Program-made: the position numbers and the translations under genes | Source of the DNA: Sphagnum compactum | Lineage: Eukaryota | DNA: 64,000 nt | Reading direction: 5' to 3' | NCBI GenBank assembly: GCA_965153455.1 | Contig: OZ234493.1 | Coordinates: 26,092,213-26,156,212, forward strand | In this document: positions 13,097-23,621 of the stretch, piece after piece | Numbering within the stretch: position 1 is the stretch's first letter | How the letters are laid out: every line of letters begins with the position of its first letter | The notes under the pieces: model-generated | The model's input: the letters and a program-made list of their open reading frames with translations, nothing else | Database searches by the model: none | Told to the model about the DNA's origin: nothing

Positions 13097-13166
13097 TACG
13101 GGTAGCGGGAATCGAACCCGCATATTCTCCTTGGCAAGGGGAATTTTACCATTAAACCATACCCCC
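13097..13166 (-). tRNA. trnG-GCC: Plastid-derived trnG(GCC), near full length
   Basis: GGGTATGGTTTAATGGTAAAATT..CTTGCCAAGGAGAATATGCGGGTTCGATTCCCGCTACCCG. Confidence 0.82.
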
Positions 13167-13459
13167 AACTATCTCTTGTATTTATTCCTTATTATATTAA
13201 TACATTTTTCTTTATATAGTCAATTTTTCCTTAGGGTTCTTTCGGTCACTCACCAAAAAGCTGGAGAAGGAATAAAAGCCCTCCCTGGAGTCCATTTATT
13301 TCATACCTCGGGACTTGTACTTGATCGAGGGATTGTATATAAAAGCGAGGATCTTTTTCCAAATGAAATACTTTCTTCTTTTTTTTTCTCGTTACATCCA
13401 TTTTCGTGCCGTTATATAGAAGAGTTCGAAATAAATGAAATGGAGACAAAATAAGGAGG

Positions 13460-13560
13460 GAGCCACTCTCCTTGTTTTTATTAGGTGGAATACAACGAAT
13501 AGTACCTTGATGTTTACTAAGTAGTTGGTTTCCACCATTAGAATATTGGTTGTGCTTCAA
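13460..13560 (-). pseudogene. rpoC2: Probable plastid rpoC2 fragment
   Basis: NQLLSKHQGTIRCIPPNKNKES resembles the rpoC2 QGTIR segment. Confidence 0.55.
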
Positions 13561-13583
13561 ATCGAATATGGGATTTCACGGTT

Positions 13584-13676
13584 CTAGGGGATAGGGTAAA
13601 AGTAGAATTGAGTCCCTATGATCTAACTAAAGGACGTATAATCCATCGACTCCGTACCAAATCTCCAAATGGTTAA
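13584..13676 (+). pseudogene. infA: Plastid infA C-terminal fragment
   Basis: [30 protein letters not shown]. Confidence 0.9.
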
Positions 13677-13707
13677 ATATTAAAACGTCTGATTCATAGA
13701 ATACGTT

Positions 13708-13854
13708 GGAGAGAGATTTTACCCCTGTAACTACTAGTATAATAGATTGTCACGTATTAGCACGTGGATCCCAAGAAAAAGTAATTGGTAATATAACTCG
13801 AAAAGATAGGGAAGAACACCCAGATTTAATTGTATTGACACCCACATGTACCTC
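13708..13854 (+). pseudogene. chlB: Plastid chlB N-terminal fragment
   Basis: [49 protein letters not shown]. Confidence 0.93.
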
Positions 13855-14050
13855 TCCCTCTTTACTATTGAGGTCTCCATCCGATCTAATAATATTTTTT
13901 GAAGAGAAAGAATTATTAACTGTATCTATTACGAAAGACCTCCCACCCCTTATTTTTTATACTATGTACGTGGGGAGAGAAGCAAACAGAAACATATAAA
14001 ATTGGAATTTCCGGTTTCATATAAATTTATTTAGATTGGGTTGACAACAA

Positions 14051-14103
14051 TAACCATTTATGGATTAGTCGTAGCTCTAGCACCTTTATTTGCAAATCCT
14101 TTT
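14051..14103 (+). pseudogene. atpH: Plastid atpH C-terminal fragment
   Basis: TIYGLVVALAPLFANPF. Confidence 0.88.
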
Positions 14104-14317
14104 GATTAATTACTAATTTGTGTTCGAAGGCTACCTCGTAATTATAAATTAGTAACCTCCTCTAAATAAGTAATTAACCAATGAATTCCTTATATTAGGG
14201 GAGGGACTGATCATAATGAACAATAAATAAAATATCTTTGTATTTTTCGATAAAAAGGATTTATTATTTTTGTATCACAGGGAGCAAGACACAAAAGGGT
14301 ATATCCAATTGTATTGC

Positions 14318-14411
14318 GGGGAGTAGGAGTAATGATATCGTCTACAACGCTTCAGCTACAGGTAAAGTCAATAAAATTATACGTAAAGAAAAAGGTGGAT
14401 ACGAAATAACC
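14318..14411 (+). pseudogene. petA: Second plastid petA fragment
   Basis: [31 protein letters not shown]. Confidence 0.9.
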
Positions 14412-14610
14412 ACAGGGAATATCAAGACGTTTACCAATATGACGTTCCATTTGAGTGCCAAATATGGCAGATGGTTCTACACGAGCAATCATATCTCCTA
14501 CTTCGGTGTGATTGTCTATAATTAATATTTCATCACAAAAACCTTGAACTTGTTCTTTGAACCATTTTGCATCATGTTTGCAATAAGTACATGCACAACT
14601 AACTCGAATG
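14409..14610 (-). pseudogene. chlB: Plastid chlB internal fragment
   Basis: [46 protein letters not shown]. Confidence 0.93.
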
Positions 14611-15260
14611 TTCAATTGATTAAATTAACCAATGGAATGATTAGATGAAATTGAAATATCGGGGGGCATTAATTCAAATAAAAAGAGGAAGAAAAGAGAA
14701 ATATCCTATACAAAGATTGAATCTAGGACTCTATTTGCGAAATTATATTCATGGGTTGCAATCGTAATAATTTTTTTGAAAAAAATTATCATTATTACTA
14801 GAATTCGCATTGATTCGGTAGTGATTTACATCTACAAGAATCGGATATAAGCTTTCTGAATTTGTCACTTCCTCCAGGACCGAGGTGTGTTTTTGGATGT
14901 ACCCTACGAAAAAAGATTTAAATAAATTCGACGTATTTATCAGTAGTGAAGATACGACATTCGAAATGAAATTTTTGACTCATCCGCAGTGGAAGAAGTA
15001 TATGGCTAAAATGGTTCAATATTTTTTATATCACTTCGGGAACATATGCGAGCCACAAAATGAAAATGGAATTATGATTAAAAAAACAGTGATATATTTG
15101 TAAAAAGAGATATTCCACCTATGCTATTTATTATGGAAAGATCTCGGTAGTTTTCGATTATTATCATACTTGGCCTTACTCGATGAAATTGCTTTTCACA
15201 AAATAATTTTTTCCTTTTTTTGAATTAATCGAGCCGGTACATACAAATCCGACGAATACG

Positions 15261-15343
15261 TTATAAACTAAATCTACTATTTGATTAATACCTTCATAGC
15301 GCAAGAAGGGTCGATATCCTAGAGGAAAATTTTGAATATGAAC
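15261..15343 (-). pseudogene. chlB: Third plastid chlB fragment
   Basis: [27 protein letters not shown]. Confidence 0.88.
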
Positions 15344-15439
15344 ATACGATATCTGATTTATTATTTATAAGTTTTTTCTGGGGGGTATCCTATTTATAAA
15401 AACTATAAAAATAAAATATAAAATTATTGGGTTGCCCGG

Positions 15440-15564
15440 TTACGGATATAGGTAAGCGTCCTAAAGCAATTTGATCATAATTTAATTCGTGACGATCATA
15501 AATGGAAAGTTCATATTCTTCAGTCATCAATAAACAATTCGTGGGACAATATTCGACACAGTTT
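15440..15564 (-). pseudogene. ndhI: Plastid ndhI fragment
   Basis: [41 protein letters not shown]. Confidence 0.92.
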
Positions 15565-15600
15565 TCGTAGGGGCAAATTGAAATGGAAAGGAGAGTTAGT

Positions 15601-15696
15601 GAGCCGTATGATGGGGGACTATCTTGTACGGTTCGGAGAGCACTTAGTAGGCAGGAGTAAATGATCACTTTCTATCGAAGCTTGACCCTATCTACT
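15601..15696 (+). other. Organellar group II intron domains V-VI fragment
   Basis: GAGCCGTATGATGGGGGACTATCTTGTACGGTTCGGAGAG..GACCCTATCTAC. Confidence 0.8.
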
Positions 15697-15847
15697 ATGG
15701 TTTTCTTTAGTATTTTTTTTTTGAAAATAGGTGATCTTAAGGCGGAACGCTCCCCTATCGATGTATTTTGACCAAAAACTTATAAATTTTATTCTATTCC
15801 ACACACTATATGTAAATTTGTTTCTTCAGTAGTTTACTCAATTACTC

Positions 15848-15919
15848 GCCCCTTTAACTCAGTGGTAGAGTAACGCCATGGTAAGGCGTAAGTCATCGGT
15901 TCAAATCTGATAAGAGGCT
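15848..15919 (+). tRNA. trnT-GGU: Plastid-derived trnT(GGU), full length with a few transitions
   Basis: GCCCCTTTAACTCAGTGGTAGAGTAACGCCATGGTAAGGCGTAAGTCATCGGTTCAAATCTGATAAGAGGCT. Confidence 0.85.
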
Positions 15920-15998
15920 CTTATTATTTCTTGTGATATAGTCGGAAGAAACATATAGAATTGGGAGAAGAAAAGGAGGTAAAAAAAATGGGAAGTTA

Positions 15999-16046
15999 TG
16001 CATTGGTAAATCCATGAATCTGAGCAAAAGTAAATTCAACAGACCA
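15999..16046 (-). pseudogene. chlN: Plastid chlN fragment
   Basis: WSVEFTFAQIHGFTNA. Confidence 0.85.
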
Positions 16047-16315
16047 TAAGTGTTAATGATATTTCGGAATAAAATTTCAGGTACCTAATTGAATTGAGAA
16101 AAAAAAACGCTGATATGGATTCCCCTAACTGATTTCCCACTACCTCACTACTTCATCCACCAAAACCACCGGGCAAGGTTTTTCAACGATTCATGCACCA
16201 TAGGTAGGTCCAAGTATCTAAATCATTTGGGGTTGTTTCAATATAAATGGATTTTATGGTATTTGGTAAGAAGAGTGTTTGACAATTTCTGGTACTCCAC
16301 TTATTTCATAAAGTA

Positions 16316-17960
16316 TCTTTCTTTCTTTCTTTCTTTTAATTTAATGTCAATACGCGGACCAGAGAGATCCATTTGACGACTATTACCTAGTTGATTTGAG
16401 CAAAACACTCCTGTTGTCTAGGCAAGAAACTAAGTACAAAGCTATCGCTTTCTGAGTAGCCGAATGCATCAATTCAGGCAGTAAACTGCACGGTGTCAAC
16501 TGTTTCCCTAGCTGTTGACTAAACTTGCAACGAATGTCATGGTGAGCTGGGCACACTAGCAACAGGTGGTCTTCATCCTCAACAGCTCCTAGGGAACACA
16601 GGCGACAAACCCTATTTCTCCTTGGTACACTCTCAGGCTTTGCATGCCTGCCACACTCTACCTCCAAACGATGGTTTGAACATCTGAACCTTGAGAAAGA
16701 TTGCCTGAGCTGAACATTTGTGATCACTTGCAAATAACTCTGATGTGCATATGAATACCCAGATTCTGTTGTACAGCTCGTGTTCATCAGCTGGTATGTA
16801 CGTAATCTGCTACTTTTGGCTCTGGCCTGTTCACCATAAGTGGATTCTAGATAAGAAGCCTGTGCACTTGCTACAACACACATGACATTAGTATAGAGAA
16901 CCCCAACCCCTTGGTCGTCAAGCCATAACTGCACGTTCCGGAACCAACACTGTTGGTTATCATTGAGCACACTGAGCATCTGGAGCTGGGTCTGGTAGGC
17001 AAAGTACAACAGACGATCTGGTGTGGACTCCCGTAGTCTATCATAATACTTGAGAGTTTGTTGCCACCAAAAATACTCCAATGGATACCTTCCAAACTCC
17101 CCCAACACAGCAAAAGTGTTTGTTGTCTTATTGACCCCTAATATTCCTCTCAGGAACATTCTATGTACTTGTTCTGCTTGTTGCAACCCTTTCGCCCCTG
17201 TACAACCTGTCCACACCTCGCATGCATAGCTCAGTACTGGGCGTACCAGTGAGTCGAACAACTGACACATTACTTTCGGATCTGTTATGCTCAGATCATT
17301 GCATATGCGGTGTAATGCAAACAATGCCTTCTTCCCAGCAGCAGTCAGTTTGTCTATGGCTACTGCCATGCCTCTTGTACTATGTAACTCTAAGCCCAGG
17401 TATCTAAATGATTGAACCTGCTCAATGGTTGTCCCTCTGTATGTGAACTCTGGCGTCGCACTGTGGCATTTCTCAAACACCACCACCTTGGTCTTGCTCA
17501 CATTGATGACCAATTGTCGTTCAACACAAAACTCAGATAGAACATCTATTTGTTTCTACAACCCTTGTGGGGTCTCTAACATAAATGCCAAATCATCTGC
17601 ATATAGCAATTTTTTGACTACTATGTCTGCCAGCTATGGCGGGTTGTCGCCATCAAGTGCATCTAGATGTTTCTCAAGTCCATCAAGGTAGAGTCCAAAA
17701 AGCAGTGGGCTTAGTGGACAGCCTTGTTTGACCCCAATGCCACATGAGAACCGGGCTGATAGCCCTTTTGTTGGATGCATAACTCTGACGCTGTCCTGGC
17801 TGTACATGCTCTGTAGACACTGCATGAAGCGACCCACAATTCCCATCTCAGCCAGCACCTCCCATAGCAGATCACGAGGCACTGTATCAAAAGCTTTGCG
17901 AAAGTCCACAAAACAACGATACACCTTTTTGCGTTTGTGAGTGCTCTGTATCAAGTACCT
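16316..17960 (-). mobile_element. 5'-truncated non-LTR retrotransposon (RTE/RTEX-like), decayed
   Basis: RT motifs FVDFRKAFDTV, GVKQGCPLSPLLF, LLYADD (two in-frame TAG stops near YADD), C-terminal CRLC..EDEDHLLLVC zinc knuckle, (GAAA)n 3' tail at ~16,316-16,336. Confidence 0.9.
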
Positions 17961-18107
17961 ATCGAAATAGAATCCGCACAAGGAAATCCCTATGGTTTTT
18001 ATCACAAAAAAAAAGGGTAGAATCTTACTCTTGATACTGACGGATAAATCATTGTGACATATCCAAGCGGGATGCTCGTGACGTGTACATGTAAGATAAA
18101 CCAAATC

Positions 18108-18188
18108 TGTTAACCTTTTGAACTGTTGCTGAATTCATAGGCAGGCAAGAGACAACCTGGCGAACTGAAACATATTAATAGCCAGAGG
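18108..18188 (+). pseudogene. rrn23: Second copy of the plastid 23S 5' region fragment
   Basis: Near-identical to 10,578-10,651 but retains the ~7 bp between AAACAT and AGCCAGAGG. Confidence 0.88.
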
Positions 18189-18222
18189 GGAGGTGACGGG
18201 GATTCAAATTCCCCTGGGGGTA
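18189..18222 (+). pseudogene. trnE: Plastid trnE 3' half
   Basis: GGAGGTGACGGGGATTCAAATTCCCCTGGGGGTA. Confidence 0.78.
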
Positions 18223-18477
18223 CTTGGAGAGAAATTTTCCCTCGTTTCTTTTGTCCACTTATTTTGTAATAAAATTGAAAATAAGGAAATCTTCAAATTC
18301 GACCAACTCGCCCGCCATTACTTTGTCAAAACTCTATGTATCTATTTCATATTTATGATGAAGTTCATTTTCGTAATAAATTTTTTCCTTGTAATGTACC
18401 TGCCAAGAAGTTTATTCAAGTAATATCGAGACTTGCTTGCTATTCCATAGACTTGTAGACTAAAATTGGAAAGTACC

Positions 18478-18551
18478 GCATCTTGAATAAGCCAACTTTT
18501 GGAAGGTGCTGTTAGAAGATCATCAATTCCTAATGGAATAGCTGCTTGTAA
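18478..18551 (-). pseudogene. rpoC2: Plastid rpoC2 N-terminal fragment
   Basis: [21 protein letters not shown]. Confidence 0.88.
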
Positions 18552-18573
18552 CGGGCAAAAGTAAAAGCATATG

Positions 18574-18674
18574 CCAGTCACAATAGCACCAAGTACTTCA
18601 TAACGGGAACGAATATGATCGGATTTTATGATAAGCATTTCTTGTAAGATATAAGCAACACCGAAACCTTCTAA
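18574..18674 (-). pseudogene. rpoB: Plastid rpoB fragment
   Basis: [34 protein letters not shown]. Confidence 0.9.
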
Positions 18675-18799
18675 AGTCTAATCGTCTTCATCGTCGTTCC
18701 ATGAAGACTTATGTGAAATCTTCCAAAATATTAATTGGTAGAAGCACCGACTCACAAAATCAAGAGTTAGAAAAAAAGGAAATCGTCATAAATCAAGAA

Positions 18800-19310
18800 A
18801 AATTTCAGCAAAAGCTTTAAAAATCACGAAATTATTTTTCAAGTAGGTAGCCAAATATGTACAAGGCAGTTAAATTTTTTCCTTCCATATAATGTTAATA
18901 TCCAAAATTGTCTAAATTGGATTATGGGATGATCACCACCACCTCGGCTACATCACAAAATTGAAAAATAGAACATTGGTTAGGATGCCAGGAACTAGGA
19001 ACCCTATAGTGAATCTCTAGACTAAAACCAAGGGATGTTGCAATGTACTCTACAAGCCTTTTTTTCGAGTGCAAAATTGTTGAAATTTATGTCGCAAATT
19101 CAATCATTTTTTGAAAAAAAAATTGCCAAAAGAATTCGGAAAAATCGAAAAATTCTTTACTTTTTTTTCCCATGCACTGTTCCAGTGTATAGTGAAATCT
19201 ATATTATTAAATTATTTTTTCCTTTCATATTTTTAATAGCCAAATTTGGCTAAATCGGCCACTAGATGATCATCACCTTGGTACATCACAAAATTTTTAA
19301 AAAACATTGG
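18800..19310. repeat. Two adjacent copies of a nuclear dispersed AT-rich repeat
   Basis: Shared end CCAAA.TTG.CTAAAT..GATGATCA.CACC..TACATCACAAAATT..AACATTGG at ~18,900-18,980 and ~19,240-19,310. Confidence 0.6.
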
Positions 19311-19691
19311 TGCACATAAATCCTAAACCCCCATACCAAAATGAGTTTGGGAGGGGGAAAAAACAGCAAAAGAAAAACCTGAGGAGGATTTTTGAAAATT
19401 TTGAGATACAGAAAATTTCCAAAATATTAGAAAATTACTCAAATTTACACCAGAGAAACAAAACTTCGCAATTTATTTTTCGAAAAAATGACCAAATTTG
19501 TGAGGAAAAATAAACACTGTCACGTTATGGAAATTCATGGAAATAGAATCCACATACCATTAAAAGCTTAAACCCTAGACCCCAAATCCTAAATCCAGTC
19601 TTGCAAAGAAACAAGAATAGCGAAATACACACAATCTGCAATCCGTTGTTGTTGCAGGTTTTTTTGCTTCGATTTTTGACAAAGATTTGCA

Positions 19692-22056
19692 ATGGCTGTA
19701 GTTATGGCGGGTGCTAGTTTCTGTTTGCCATTGCCAGTACGAGCCTCAGGAGCTTTGTTTCTTGCCTCGTCGCCAACTGTTGCTGTTTCTTTTGGTGCTT
19801 TTACTTCTTGTCCGCAAATGTCACATGACATTTACGTTTCTCTTCAAAGCTTTTGTAAACCGTGCATGAATTAGGTTTGCATTGTGTTATTTCTTTTTGG
19901 TTTCTGCTGCTCTTTAGTACCATCTGGAATGCTTGGGAGGTTGTTGAGCGGGCTCAGTTTCAGTTTTATCGCTTGTTTTAGGAAAGGCTTTTCCCTTCTT
20001 GGAGTCTTTAGTTTTAAGACAAGGTTTTGAGATATGAAAGGATTTGCGGCTTGTCAACAGGCTTTAGCAGAGTTGGATTGAGTTCTCGACGTGCTGATGC
20101 AAGAAGATCCGGCCAGCAACGCAGTTTATCAATTCATGCACGGGTGCAAGAAGTGGACTTGAGTAAGGTTGACTACTCAAGTCTTTCCTCGTCACTATGT
20201 CATAGTGACAATACAGTTGAATTTGTATAAACCCTTGCCAGAGTCACCTCCCCCGGAATCTAGCACTAGTGTTGTAGTCCTAGCAGGGGGAGGTGACTCT
20301 TGCTCTTCAATTTGGCAATAGCAGTTTTCAAGAGAGTCTATTTTTTCGGTCTCCCTCCTGAATTGTCAAGCACTCAGAGAAAATTCCTAGTGCATTTGAA
20401 GGGCACCTTAAGGCTTATATCTCTGAGCATCCCTCCTAGAAAAGAGGAGATATCTTCTGCTGACTCCTTGAGAATGGGAGGGAAATTACACCTAATTGTA
20501 GGCATAAGATCCATTCCACCTTTAAGGAGTAGGTCTAAGAACTAAGAACCCTCCCCCTCCTATGCCACATGATCTACATATGTTTTTCATGAAAATTGTT
20601 AGCGTCATTCCTTATGATGGGTAAAGCCCATGGGTGCAGGACATTCCTCAAATGTGGGGCTGAACTCAACCACCACTTCATCCTTGGCTCCTTATTTTGG
20701 GAATGCCCCCACCCTGGGGCTTTACCCTGCAAGAGTCTTTGGATTATGAAAATATTCTTGTTCCATTTTATCTCAGTTTTCTTAATCATGAAATTCTTGA
20801 GGGGGGATGATGAGCAGGTTGTTCCCCAGGCAGACAGAGTATTGGTACGCCTTGAAGAGTTGCCCAATGTAAGGAGTATTGGCAGTAGTTTTGTTTGTTT
20901 ATTGTTTTACACTGTCTCTTGTTTGATGTTGCATCATCATTCAAGCATTTTTCTGGTTTTGAGTTTTGGTCAATCATTTTCTTAGCTCATAAGAAAAACA
21001 CCTCTGAGACAAGCCAGATGTGCTTTCCATCTATCATTCAAATTTCTTTGCAGAAAAGTGCTGGTGGAGTGTTGCTACCAAAGTCAGTTACCAAATTTGA
21101 GAATTATCTTGTTGGAGAGGTATGTGAACGTTATCATCCTACTTTGACAGTTGTAGTCTCAATAAGGTGTGTGAATGAACCTTATCTGGATGCACTACAT
21201 CATGAAGCATTCTCATGTCAAAGACCTGTGTGTGTGTGTGCAATTTTTGCCATGTGAGTTTGCTAAAAAATGTTGATGGGAAACTCCAAGAAGGTACCTT
21301 GACAGTTGTGGTCTCAATATTGACGCAGGTCATATCCATTGGGAAGGAGGCCACATCCATAGAGAAGGGACAAAAGGTATTTGAGTCTCCACTTGGACAC
21401 TTGCTACAACTTGTGGAGTTTTGGAACTAAGTTATTCTGGCACAGTGCTGTTAGTCCTACTTAAAGAGGTGTTTGTTCAAAGGCATTATTATTCATGGAA
21501 TGACCTTCTGGGTGGGCATTCTGTTTTGTGAAATGCCCCCATGCTGGGCAGGCCTGTATTGCCTGGCGTGGTGGGAAATTTTGTTTTGTAATTTCTGACC
21601 TCTGCCTGTATCGGCTCACCTTGATCATTATGCCAGGCAATGCCCTGCTGCCAGGGTGTTATCCTACACATGATGCAAGAGCAGTGCTACAGCTCTTGAA
21701 CTCTATACACTGGAATGTTTTCTATCTTTTAATTCAATTTGACCTCTCTGCAAATGCTCACCTTAGTAACCTTCTGTTGTTCCATGTCACTTCAACTTTG
21801 CAGGTCCTCTTCTCAGATATCAATGCTTATGAGGTATGGCAGGAGTGGACATGACATGGATTCTGTGCTTGACTTATTTTCCACATGAGCAAAGCTGCAT
21901 TTTGTCTATTCTGCACTAGTGTTGGCACCTAGGTACTGTTATTTCTAAGACAAAGTCTTACCCACATCTTTGTTTTATCCATGGCAGGTAAATTTGGGAA
22001 CACCTGAAAAGCTGTGTTTCTGCTGCATCAGTGACTTGCTTGCCATTGTCGAGTAA
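19692..22056 (+). CDS. CPN10: Chloroplast-targeted 10 kDa chaperonin; exons ~19692-19795, 20040-20167, 20818-20868, 21054-21119, 21328-21376, 21804-21833, 21988-22056
   Basis: Transit-peptide-like N-terminus, then VVPQADRVLVRLEELP / KSAGGVLLPKS..YLVGE / VISIG / VLFSDINAYE / VNLGT..CFC..DLLAIVE*. Confidence 0.9.
20619..20727. mobile_element. Hairpin MITE-like element with GGGTAAAGCCC termini in a CPN10 intron
   Basis: GGGTAAAGCCC...GGGCTTTACCC; related element at 60,917-61,019. Confidence 0.6.
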
Positions 22057-23621
22057 CTTCACCACCAATTTTTGCTAGTTAGCAGCAAAAAATTGACAAA
22101 AGGAAAACTTACTTGTGTGTCTTTGAGCAGGAATTTCATCTTGCTTCCTCCACTTTTAGGACCCTTGAACTCATAACAAGAGATGAAACTATCTCTGTTC
22201 AGAAATTGCTGGATACTTATTCTTGTATGTTGAACATTCATCACTTGCACTTTTGCTCAAGCAGTTGTCTACTAACCTGACATAAAATCTCACAGTTTTC
22301 AGTTGATTGCAGTAACCCTTTGACATGTTTCTGAGTTACAAATAAGGTACAGGTTTTTAGGTATTACTGGTTCAAGTACATGTTTTTATGGCTAATTTTA
22401 CACTTCTGCCAAGTTGTATTTGTTCAAGGAAAGTAAAATAATATGCTTCAATAGACTGCATTCCTGAACAAGGAAGCTTTCCAATAGAAGAGTAAACAAG
22501 AGGACTATTTATCTACCTAGCAAGGATAGTGTAAAGCAGAAAGTCCAAAGCATCTAAACAAGTTGTCAGGAACAATAGACTTCATGAGTAAGTGATGAAG
22601 CAATAGTGAACTTTCCTAGCAGAAATATGCTCATGAACTTCTTGCAATCATGTTGTACGTAAGATGAAACATTCTTTATCACACCACCAAAGCTCAATTT
22701 TAACATAGACAACAGATGCGAAAGCAGGTATTGTAATATAAGCATAAAAAAAAATCTGCATGCTGTGTGGCCAGCACCTGCACTCAGCAGGAAGAATTTA
22801 TCAAAACCACCAAGGATGTAGGATATATCACCCTTTTGAGTAAACAAGCAGGATAAGAATGTGATCCTATCAATGAATTAATTGTTTTTCTCTTATTGTG
22901 AGATACTACTAAACATGGTCTGTCAGATTGTCATTTACAACAGCACCATATTATTGTGCTGTGCAACTCTGTACCACTCGTTGCCTGCAACAAAGACAAT
23001 GTAAACAAATGTAAGATCTATGGATCTAAACTTAAAATCAGTCAATTTCAAGTCTGGGGTCACAAGTCTGAAATTGAAAAAGTGCATCTCAAATGAGAGG
23101 GAACATACCATGAAACCTCTGTTGTGTCCTGTGCAGGATTAGGCCTGCCATTTCTACTATGAAATCACCCACCACCACCTTGGAACACACAGAGGCAATG
23201 CATCCCATATTGTGTGTCCAAATCCTTGTCTTTACTAGTGCAGAGCCCTCATGTTAACATCCCCGCATATCACCAGAAGAACAATTTCAGCTTCACACTT
23301 GGTCAGTCCTCCATGTTTTAATATTCTGGGAAAGACAATTGACAACGTGGCCGTTTCTCACCATCATCATACATGGTCTACTGCAGGTTCTAAGAATTGG
23401 TTTGGAGTTATAATTAGGGTTAGTCCTGTGTCAGTAATCCTAAACCCTGACTTGGGCTGCTTTCTGTAATTAGCATCTCAGATCCATATCTGAAATACTT
23501 TGCTAACTGAGATGGAATTGGCATCCAAAAATTAGCCTGGCATGGCTACATCCATACTGTTCACCACTCTGCAAGGTGAGATGAGTAGTGGCACATGGGA
23601 TGAGTAAGGGCACTCCCTACT

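Noticed and set aside
11814-15668. Chimeric ORFs across plastid fragments (e.g. 11814-12098, 14238-14525, 15390-15668) as new genes
   Set aside because: They are short chance read-throughs across junctions, with no promoter or splice evidence and with damaging substitutions.
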